Shown here: positions 55,194-64,000 of the stretch, in pieces
Layout of the letters: every line of letters begins with the position of its first letter
How positions within the stretch are numbered: the stretch's first letter is position 1
NCBI GenBank assembly: GCA_000091205.1
Contig: AP006502.2
From: Cyanidioschyzon merolae
Lineage: Eukaryota
Length of the DNA stretch: 64,000 nt
Direction: 5' to 3' (one strand)
Made by a program: the position numbers and the translations under genes
The notes under the pieces: generated by a model
Database searches by the model: none
What the model was told of the DNA's origin: nothing
The model's input: only the letters and a program-made list of their open reading frames with translations

Positions 55194-58100
55194 CACGTGC
55201 ATCTGATGTCGCAGCTCCGAAGCGGACCGCATGACCGCTGCGGAACGAAGTCTCGAAGCAGCGTTCTTCGTGGATCATGTTCGGCGGGCAAGCGGATTGC
55301 CCAACATGAATCCTGTCCACAATCAATATAAATAACAGGTTCGGAAAGATGACATGCTCCAGGTATCATCCCAAGTAACCGGCTTTGTAGCCCGTTAGTG
55401 CAGTGTGCTCGCGGATGATTGTGCGCTGGCGTATGGAATGCTGGAACACCATGATCGTCCACTCTTCCGCCGAGAAAGGCGTTATCGCTGTAAATATACG
55501 GAGCTCTGGCTTTGCTGGATTGCTGAAATATACCACACCAGTGCTTTAACCCAGGGAAGCATGAAATTCCATAACTGACATTGTCTGGATGTTTCATCGA
55601 AAGTCTGCAGCGTTTCAGCAAAATGCCCGCACAGAGTGCTCGACAACTTGCTCGACAGAAAGCCGCCAGACGCTCCGAAATTAGTCCTCATTTGCTGGAT
55701 GTTGATCCAGGCTTTCGGGTCTCGGCGACGAACGCTTTTAAGCGCGCATTGCTCCACGTGGAATCGCACAAGAGCAAGCCGCTCACTGTCCATGGCCTCG
55801 CCTGATGACGTTCGTTCAGCATACAATACTTAATCTCATGCGACTGCATCTGTTGCACGCTCTTGCTCTCTCCCTGTTTCAGCGTGCAGTGATGCGCGCA
55901 ATGCATGAATGTCATCCCGAATGCATCGATAGGAATCGTGTAACATCTATTCCTGCACTCGTCGAGCACGCTCTTCCGCGTAGCCGGACTGCAGAGCATG
56001 CGCGTTACGGCTTGTGTACAGCAATAGACTACCATCAAAGGACGCTACTTGCGGGCCCTTTCCTTCTCCAACCCATTGAACATGTTTGCGAACACCAGCA
56101 TCCTGCCTCTGTCCAACCGAAACCGGCGGCAGCGCCAGGGCAGTCTCAGGTACCGCCGATGACCGTCTGCGTAAGCCATTTGGACGCTCATGTAGTATCT
56201 GCTTGAATCTTATGACTGGGCGCTTTCTGCTCAATGCAGTACTCAAAGCGTCAAAACGGGTCAAATTGCCGCCATTCCGCTTGATAGTATGCCTCGCTGC
56301 GTACGTCACGCCAGGCTCTCGATCATACGGATCCCTGGGAAATTTGAGCAGCAGAACCTGCTTTCCGTCCGTGTCTCTGGCTCCATCCCTTTGATAACGA
56401 GGTACAGCGACGGCCATGACGTTCGTAGACCAGGGATCCGAAGCCATCACGAAGTCTGTCTCATCATCTGTGGTGAACGGATGACAGTGGGTCTTTTTGC
56501 ACGAACTGGGCGAAGGATTTCACAAAGTGCATGTAGATCGATATTCCGCCGATCTCCACCGTCCATGCAAACCGCTTTCGATTCCTTCGAAGTACATGAG
56601 AAACCTTGAACGAGCGCCGCCAATGCGCTTCGCGAGGTGTTTCAAACGCTTCATTCTTGCGTGCAGAGACCAGCCGTTTTTCGATGAGAAGGCTACCTAG
56701 TACACTCGAGAAATGTCTGCGGTAAATCATGGACAAAGACAGAACACAGCTGGACCACATCAAATACTAGCTTGACGAGGCGACGGCACTCGCATCCGCG
56801 GACGACATCTGCTATGTCCTGGAGGGTTCTGTTGTGGATAGCGCCGTAGCGCATGCTCCAAAACAGACAGGGATCAGTTTTCAAGCATCCTTTGGATTCC
56901 AATTCCGCCATTCCGAGACCTGTACCAATACAATCAGCCCTGACGAGCAGAGGCGACGGTTGCGCTTGATGCTCAAGCTCGTCAACCCCACGAGCTCAGC
57001 ATTCGCATGCATTGACTCCTCAGGAATCCCCACGATCAGCACCCACTTTTCTGAGCCAGAACGATGAGGGTATCGGTGGGAAAACGTCCACTGGGTTCAT
57101 CTCACCAAGCGCTCGAGACTGACCGGCATGCACTTTCTGAGTTTGGTTCAATACCTTTTTGGCATATGTGCTGTGGATCCCCCGATCGCCCAGATGGCAC
57201 TGCGACGCATCAGGGTATTCTTGCACACGTCTGTGCAAATGCCGGATGCCACGATGCGGCCGTACTGCATCTTCTGTACCGAATATCAGTTCTTTTGTCG
57301 CATCGGGTTATGATCGAAAAGCTCTAGAGGAAAGTAGACAGCTGGCAGCCGTGCGTACGGAACTCCTTAGGCAGCTGGTTGACGAGGTGTATCAACTGGA
57401 AGGAAGCTTGGCGAAAATCCATCGTATTAGAAGCTACTCGATCTTGAACGGCGTCCTGCAACTTACAGTTTCATGGATGCGAATGACTCGCCTACTGGGC
57501 CAAGAACGTAGAAATGGCTTTTGAAAACAGAGACGACGCTTTCAGCTGGACTGGACCCGGCAGAATCGGCTGGCACAATGAGCAGATCAGCGAGAATCTC
57601 AGTTGCTTATTTCCTGACCGCTATTGATTGATGCAAAGCGATGTTGTCTAAGTACGGGATAGAGCAATATGAGAAGAAGAAGCCACGAAGAGAGCGGTGA
57701 CACGACGCATAAGGGGTTTTGAGCGATCCTCTCTGATTGTAGGACTGGAGGCGACCATGCGATAGCGTCGTCGCTGGGGCTAATGTTCTCGGCCTTGTCA
57801 CTACTCTCGTCTGTACGGATGGTGGTTCGCCCCTTTTCCAGTACCCATATACAGGTCTAATGCTTCACTCGAATAAATTCACGTCGAGTGCGATGTGCAC
57901 CAGCCCCCTTCTGATGTAAGCGTTCGCTCTTCCGTAGGGAATCGATATGGTGTTTTTCGACGCGCTACGGGTTCACATATAAACGTGCTTTTCTTGTCCA
58001 TCCGTGTCTTTTCGTCGCTGTTCAAATCAGCGATGCGAGAACTTCACATCCCGAACTGGAATTTATTCGTATTTCGTAGAGAACGCATGGGATGAAATGG

Positions 58101-58783
58101 ATTCACGAGGAGATGGTAGTGTGAATGGAGTACGACAAACTTTGCTTTGGGCGCAAGACGTTCAAAAAAAGGACCTTAAAAGGGCGAATCATCCATCTTC
58201 GGACCGAACAATGACTGGCTTTTGGAGGCTAGTACGTTTTTTCGCAAGCTAGCGGCAACAACAGCAAACAGGTATTCCGCCACGGTTCTCGCATATCCAG
58301 GATGCATTCCAGTAGTCGAAACCGTGCGAGAAAAACAAACAAAAACAAAAAGGGCAACTGACACCAGCATCCGAATTGTCTCTGCTCTGGATGTAACGAA
58401 ACAATCGGTGATAGCGAACTGTTCTGGGTATCTGGATTCAGAGACGTGCATTCCGCCCTGAAAAGCAGAGCGACGCTCGTCGGAGAACTTTGCACTGAGG
58501 AGTTGTCCTTCGAAGGCACGTTGGAGTGACGCGCTCACCAGTCAAGGCATTTAAGGGTCAGATCGGAAACTCCAACACTATTCAAGCGTCTGGGCGCCCG
58601 ATGGCCAAGCAGAGGCTTCCACCACTAGCCATTCGTGCAAGAAGGCCCTCGTTTTCGAGTTCAGTCCAGAGCATCCCGAGCCGGGCGACGACGCCGTAGG
58701 AAAATCTCGCGCTGAGCAAGCAATGTAGCGTTGCTGCGCATTCGTGACAGTAAAGGTGTCCCCACACCCAAATGCAGACTCGA

Positions 58784-58846
58784 ACACACACACACATACA
58801 CGCGCGCACGCACGCGCATATACATGTATAGGCACGCACGCGCATG
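58784..58846. repeat. Alternating purine-pyrimidine (CA/CG)n tract, potential Z-DNA-forming
   Basis: acacacacacacatacacgcgcgcacgcacgcgcatatacatgtataggcacgcacgcgcatg lies just 3' of the 58944-60839 gene. Confidence 0.7.
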
Positions 58847-58943
58847 TTTCCCGAAGAAGCGAAGGAGTCACACTCCTTTCGCGAGCGCTGGTGCCTTTCG
58901 CCTGAAACTTGAAACCGCATACCCGGGGCACCACCGCAGCTTT

Positions 58944-60839
58944 CTAGGGGCTGCCAGAGGAAGTGTCCATCCGGACGGCCTGTGTGTCAGTGGTCTCTGA
59001 ATCCGACAATTCACCTCTGTTCGAGCGCTCCGAGCCGCCGTCTTCATCGTTATCATCGCCAAAAATCTGTTGAAAGAGACGCGCGTAGCGTTCTCCCTCC
59101 GCTCCAAGTACTTCCTTCAACTGCGCCGTGCTCTCCAAGAAGTCCTGCACGTTGAAACCCAGTTGTGTGCAGAGCGTACGCAAGGCGCGCTTATCCTCGC
59201 GCGTGATGTTTCCCTCTTTCACCATTTTCTCAATATCGTAGAGGATGCGCATCATACCAACCTCCGAACGTATACGTTCCGCGATCTCTGGGGTAAGCAA
59301 ACCCTCCAGCAATTTCATCAGATCCTGGAGATAGGTCTCGTCTACAGAGGCATTGGGATTCGAAAAGGTTGCTGATACCGCCATTTGAAACACAAATCGA
59401 GCCGCTTCGTCCTTGATGCTAGTCGCAGAGGCTTCGTCAATGCGTAGGATACGTTCTAAAATAGCGAGCGAGCTCATGGTTTTCTCCAGGCGGCTCAGAT
59501 CGACTGGACCTGCCTCTCGTTCATCGGTGGGCTGTTCTTGCATCAAGGCCCGTATGACATACCGCCGATAGAGATCCTGGACGTCTTGGCGATTGCGTTG
59601 ACGTCCAGCGTAACGGAGTCGCTGCGCAAACGGCATCGACTTCGATGTCCAAGTAGGAGATGCCGCTTCCGCTTCTGCCGGGGGCAATGCTGTCGCAAGC
59701 ATGTCGCAGCGATAAACGACTTGCAAAAGCTTCTGCATGCCAAAATCCGATGCAGCGAATGTCTGCGACTGTCTGCGCATCTCTTCAATGGCATTCGATA
59801 TAATCCGTGTGATGGAGCCATTCGAGACCGCCAACAATCTGTCCTGTGTCCACTGTTCGTCCTGGAGCGCCTTCCGGAGCGATTCAGTCAAGTCCACCTC
59901 GGATGACTCCGACTCTGTGGCATCCTCGGAGAGAAAGCGATGGATGCGATACTCGAGCGAGTCTGATGGAAACGTGCTGCCGTCGAGCATAACCACATCA
60001 GGTTTTGTGGATAGGTCAACACGTAGACGCCCTGCGAGATCGGCCCTGTCGTGAATGCGCTTCGCAACGGCACTAGGGTCTGCAGTCGATGGTCTATTCT
60101 GTTCTACGGTATCTGAACTCAGTTCAAAACTAGAATCCGTGTCTTCGAGTTCGACATCATCGGGGTCTGGTCCGCCACCGAGGTCCTGAAGCGTCGTTTT
60201 GAGAAATTCCTCGAATTCTGCGGCACGTCGCCGCTGCCGGTGCCGCAAGTACCATGCCACGCCGCCACCGGTTCCACCAATCAGTAACGCGCCCGGAACA
60301 ACTACACGTGTAGTACGATGTACTAATGCTTGTCGCTGCTTCCGACGGGCCAAAGACTCTTGGTATGCTCGTTCTGAAGGTAAAACCAAACGCCTTCGCC
60401 CGGTTTGCTCTCGACTTTTCTCTCTCGTGCCACTTCGAGCAAGCGTCTGCCTGTCTCCGGAACGAGCGTGCACGGTTTGTGCGAGCGCTTGCACGCTCGG
60501 TGCACTGCTGATGGACCAGCACGCAGTGAGGACGACAAGCAGCGCGACGCGTTTCCACTGCGCCTGACGGGCTTCCAGTGCTGCTGGTTCCTTCTGGTCT
60601 GGAACAATCCACTCATTGTTGCCGTTCTTAGGGTACTCGTTACAGTCAGCAGCAGAAGAGGTCCCGCTGTGACGCTCGTAACCGCCTGACCCCGTAACAG
60701 CCACGAGAGCGACCGCCTGCGCTGGTGGGTGTGCCGCTCGCCGCATCCACCGTGACCTCCAGCAACATTTTCGTGAAAAATGTGTGAAGCATGCGTTGCG
60801 TCTGAAAGAAGAAGAAGCCGACACGAAGTAAAGCAACAT
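58944..60839 (-). CDS. Hypothetical protein with N-terminal hydrophobic segments and a large helical soluble domain
   Basis: Hydrophobic stretches VALLVVLTACWSISSAP and VVVPGALLIGGTGGGVAWYL, then an acidic helical region. No recognised motif. The topology (two N-terminal TMs plus a large soluble domain) is reminiscent of inner-envelope translocon scaffolds, but that is speculative. Confidence 0.4.
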   Translation of the reverse strand: MLLYFVSASSSFRRNACFTHFSRKCCWRSRWMRRAAHPPAQAVALVAVTGSGGYERHSGTSSAADCNEYPKNGNNEWIVPDQKEPAALEARQAQWKRVALLVVLTACWSISSAPSVQALAQTVHARSGDRQTLARSGTREKSREQTGRRRLVLPSERAYQESLARRKQRQALVHRTTRVVVPGALLIGGTGGGVAWYLRHRQRRRAAEFEEFLKTTLQDLGGGPDPDDVELEDTDSSFELSSDTVEQNRPSTADPSAVAKRIHDRADLAGRLRVDLSTKPDVVMLDGSTFPSDSLEYRIHRFLSEDATESESSEVDLTESLRKALQDEQWTQDRLLAVSNGSITRIISNAIEEMRRQSQTFAASDFGMQKLLQVVYRCDMLATALPPAEAEAASPTWTSKSMPFAQRLRYAGRQRNRQDVQDLYRRYVIRALMQEQPTDEREAGPVDLSRLEKTMSSLAILERILRIDEASATSIKDEAARFVFQMAVSATFSNPNASVDETYLQDLMKLLEGLLTPEIAERIRSEVGMMRILYDIEKMVKEGNITREDKRALRTLCTQLGFNVQDFLESTAQLKEVLGAEGERYARLFQQIFGDDNDEDGGSERSNRGELSDSETTDTQAVRMDTSSGSP

Positions 60840-61813
60840 ACTTTACGTTTGTGGCGGAAGTTTCCCTGATCACGGCCCTTTTCGGGATGCAGGACGTCGC
60901 AGGTGTCGCGCAAGTTCGAACGTCGATTCGCGCACGAGTTGAACCGCCACGGGCGCCGGGTTACGGGCAGCCGACCTCCGCCTGCGTCAAGCCGGCGCCC
61001 GCAAGTCCATGGCGCAATCGTTCTCTTCTAGATTGCCGCACGGGGGGGGTCGTTGAACAGATTAGGCCTGAGCACTGAGGGCATACGCTAGACTAGATTG
61101 GGAGATGCCGAAAATCTGCGCAGGGAGTGGTGATCGGGCCCAGGATATCCAGCAGCGCCAGTGCGTTCGAGGGAGTGCATCGCTAGCGGAGCTATGCAGC
61201 GGCTTCGATGCTATTCGCTTTCGATCGTATGCACCCCGCAAGACGCGGAGAATTCGTCAGAGACACGTTCAGCGTGCGCGCCGCTGGTGAGCCGCTTCAG
61301 AGGCGGGTCCACGAGCGCACTACCTGTGTCTACTGGCTTGGGCTGTACCACAGGTCAGATAAAAGCGCAACATTGAACTGCTCAATCTGCTCCTGGCTGT
61401 CGAATTTTCCCGAAATTTTCTAAAAGCACACCCTCCACATTCCAAGTGCAGCAAGGTCTTACGGGTTCATGTATAGTTCCAGCATGCTCTGTCGTCATTT
61501 CAAAGGAACTCCTTCGCTGCTTGCCGCTGGAGTCCGTTTCCTCGCCGAAATCAAGATGATTTGGAACGTCCCTGAACAAGGGTATGTAACATCAGCGATA
61601 TCATCACAAGTTCACACGTTGAAGCTTCGACTCCTCTTTCCGTACTTCCAGCATGCCCATATCACGCATTCTTCATGCGTTTGCTCTTTCTGTTTTAAGG
61701 TAACTTGCGTGCGCAGCAATGCGCGAGGCTTGCTTGATGCGGCGAAAAGCTCGACGGCATTCGTTGACGACTTGTTCACGAGCTCTTGCCTAGGGTTCGC
61801 TGAACTTTTCAAC

Positions 61814-62455
61814 TCAAATAATCGGTTTCGTTCCAGAGTCAAATCCTCCCTGCTTTCTGTCCAGAGATGAAAGCGGATTCGACAGCAGCGGCATGGTACC
61901 TCTCACGTGATATGCTCCTGGTAGCTCCCGTCTCTTCAGTTTGCATGGAATGAGATCTTTGACTCCGACTTGAGTCATAGCAGTGATCGCTTTCTGTGAA
62001 GCATCCGTCATCGCGTTGTACGAAGAAAATCTAGAAGAATCGAAATTTCTCGACTTGTTCTGCAGTTGGGATTTCCCTCCGGATGCTCGGTTCATCGCGG
62101 GCAACATTGCGTTCCACGAATCCCTGATTGAATGGAACAGCGTGCGCTCGCGCGTGCACCAGATAGAGTACTCGTCGAGGGAATCCTCCAGAAGAAACCC
62201 GTGATCATGTAGAGCGGCATCGTGTGCGGAAACGGAGGAGAGCATCGAAAAGAGCCTTCTGTTCTCATGAAGGTCATGTACTGAGCTTTGCAGCGAGCAT
62301 TCATGCGCCACAGGCGAGTGTTCAGAGCTGGAGGTGGTGTCGCGGGCATATGAGAACACCTGACCACAGCCATGTGCCACCGTTGTGAGGCGCGTACCGA
62401 GGCTGTACACAAACAATATGAAACTGGAGAGCGACGCTTCGATCGCAGCTCCCAT
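61814..62455 (-). CDS. Unknown-function protein, paralogue B
   Basis: ATG at 62453-62455. Aligns with paralogue A at about 40% amino-acid identity across about 190 aa. Confidence 0.4.
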   Translation of the reverse strand: MGAAIEASLSSFILFVYSLGTRLTTVAHGCGQVFSYARDTTSSSEHSPVAHECSLQSSVHDLHENRRLFSMLSSVSAHDAALHDHGFLLEDSLDEYSIWCTRERTLFHSIRDSWNAMLPAMNRASGGKSQLQNKSRNFDSSRFSSYNAMTDASQKAITAMTQVGVKDLIPCKLKRRELPGAYHVRGTMPLLSNPLSSLDRKQGGFDSGTKPII

Positions 62456-63117
62456 CTCTGAATGAAATGCGCCAACAAGTACCTGACGCTGCGAAATCGG
62501 GACATGAATGCCGCTATCAACATCGCTCGAATGCCGGCAACGGAACTATAGGTCCTGGGGAGACCGGCGTATTTCAAACTGGAGATAAGACACGGAAAAG
62601 TAACCAGTCTCAGAAGAAGCTCCCACGGTCTAATGTTGATTACAATTGTAAGAGTCCTAAACTTTACAGTGCAAGCGCGAGATAGCTGAGTGAACCCCTT
62701 TATTTTAGTCTGACATGCGTCTAGAGCCCGCACCAGAAATCGCTGTCCATACTCAGCGATTCAGTTCGGCAGCGGGTAAGCATCGCGAGTGTATCGAGGC
62801 GGTAAGTATTCTGTTTATCGAAAGGGCATGTACTTTGAACACTTGCTGTCTCGAATACAGTACGTCAGCATCATAGACAGCTTTCTCGTCTGCACCGTGC
62901 CGGCAACGTTTCCGAGCATCCCATTCAGATAGCACGGATCACCATATGAGCGGATGTCTTAGCACGACGTATAGCATCGGTTCATACACTATTATCGATT
63001 AGTACGAGAAACCATGCCACAGCGTCGCCGATTTTCCCGCCAGCGATGCTGCACGCACGGCGGAATGCGCACTGGTCGCATCCGATCTGGCTTCGAGAGT
63101 TTTTCAGCAGGTGCGAT

Positions 63118-63140
63118 CAGCAGCAGCAACAGCAGCAGCC
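63118..63140. repeat. (CAG)n imperfect microsatellite
   Basis: cagcagcagcaacagcagcagcc. Confidence 0.8.
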
Positions 63141-63506
63141 GATACTGTGCCCAGAGGCCTTTGACAGCTATTACAGACCCTTCTCTTGCGCTCGGGAAGG
63201 ATCGAGAACTTAATTCCGGAGATCAAGAGAAACGCTGGCGTCCATGGTCGCCCATTCGCCCGGAGCGGTGACAGCTAGCTGTCCCTCGAGATCGAGTAAG
63301 AGGCAGCATTCCTCAGCGAGGTGCTTGCTCGACCAGCATATCCGGGCATTGGACTTCAGTTCCCAGCGGATTCAAAGTCTTGTGCACTGCATGTCATTCT
63401 CCCGCACAGAGCCGAATTGGCGCGGCGTCAAGGCACCGGATTATGTCCTACGCATGCCCTGAAGCATGTATACGTGGACACGGCGCTGAAAAGAGCACCA
63501 AAGTAC

Positions 63507-63941
63507 TCAGTTGCCGCCCGACACGCTCGAGGGCATCCATCTCCAGGGCGCTTGCACCGAGCCGTCCAAGCGATGCAACCCAGTTGCAGAGCTGAACCAG
63601 GCCCAAAGCCATCCTCGTCCAAATGGCAGGAACGTTAATAGATACCATGCCAGCGCGCTGAGCTGAATCAGCACGAAGCACAGCGCGAGCAGCGCCAGAT
63701 GTCGCAAGCTCGTAACCAGTGCTAGTACGAGTGCTATCCCATACATAGCTGCAGCGGTCGCTCTTTCTGTAACGCTCAGTGCGCGTAGCTGAACCTGAAG
63801 AGGAACCACAAGCCACGTCGAGGTGATGAGCAGAACTTGTCCGAGACTGAATGCAAACGCAAACTTCTGAGGTCGCAGAATCAGCATCGGTAGCATCCCA
63901 ACCGAAAGAAACGAAACCACCACGCCGGTTCCAAATAGCAT
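63507..63941 (-). CDS. Small multi-pass membrane protein, possibly SFT2/Got1-like vesicle-transport family; start uncertain (frame stays open to right window edge)
   Basis: Three to four hydrophobic helices. FAFAFSLGQVLLITSTWLVVPLQVQLRAL resembles the SFT2 core (F..Y.LGN...ST.FL.GP..Q). Track start 63956 is TTG. The first ATG is at 63941. Confidence 0.3.
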   Translation of the reverse strand: MLFGTGVVVSFLSVGMLPMLILRPQKFAFAFSLGQVLLITSTWLVVPLQVQLRALSVTERATAAAMYGIALVLALVTSLRHLALLALCFVLIQLSALAWYLLTFLPFGRGWLWAWFSSATGLHRLDGSVQAPWRWMPSSVSGGN

Positions 63942-64000
63942 AGCGAAAAGTAGCAATCTCTGGCTCCGCGAACACTGACAAAGTTCCCTGAAGCCCCAGG

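Noticed and set aside
61042-61049. G8 homopolymer as a possible G-quadruplex or regulatory element
   Set aside because: It is a single short run with no neighbouring G-tracts, probably insignificant.

Overview
This 64-kb window is GC-rich (about 55-60% in genes, about 43% in some intergenic tracts) and reads as eukaryotic nuclear DNA with almost no introns. The proteins I recognise are eukaryote-specific (LSM14/Scd6, proteasome alpha-7, exosome Rrp4, LSm1, ZNF598-like RING E3, bZIP, zf-HIT, START, histone fold). They are interleaved on both strands with bacterial-type, presequence-bearing organellar genes (L11, MnmA/MTU1, FabI, RimP, RluA, MetAP1D-like, HAD, CGL, LYR protein) and one tRNA-Lys(CUU). 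There are no CRISPR arrays, rRNA genes, gag/pol-like retroelement ORFs or prophage. The compact single-exon genes, S/R/A-rich transit peptides on FabI and RimP, and the GC content fit a small primary-plastid alga (a cyanidiophyte-red-alga-like nucleus is my working guess, not verified). The provided ORF track translates GTG/TTG/CTG starts as M and omits ORFs that run off the window edge, so I re-derived several starts. I also read out one edge-truncated gene (ZNF598-like, minus strand 1-1498) that the track does not list. The items most worth follow-up are these. First, an adenylate-kinase/Nudix-like fusion gene sits together with the tRNA-Lys between two 778-bp, about 98.5%-identical direct repeats whose upstream flanks are much more diverged (mosaic duplication or gene conversion). 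Second, two diverged paralogous copies about 950 bp long and 8.4 kb apart encode an unrecognised protein family. Third, there is a 5.5-kb bacterial-density block (HAD, CGL, RluA, unknown, RimP) with intergenic spacers of 100 bp or less and overlapping convergent gene ends. Fourth, the HAD hydrolase has an N-terminal segment resembling a ribbon-helix-helix motif. Fifth, the window is enriched for organellar-translation genes and for mRNA-decay/ribosome-quality-control genes. There are also several ORF-poor, lower-GC gaps, the longest at 20.4-24.9 kb. All functional calls come from reading motifs in the translations by eye; no database search was run.
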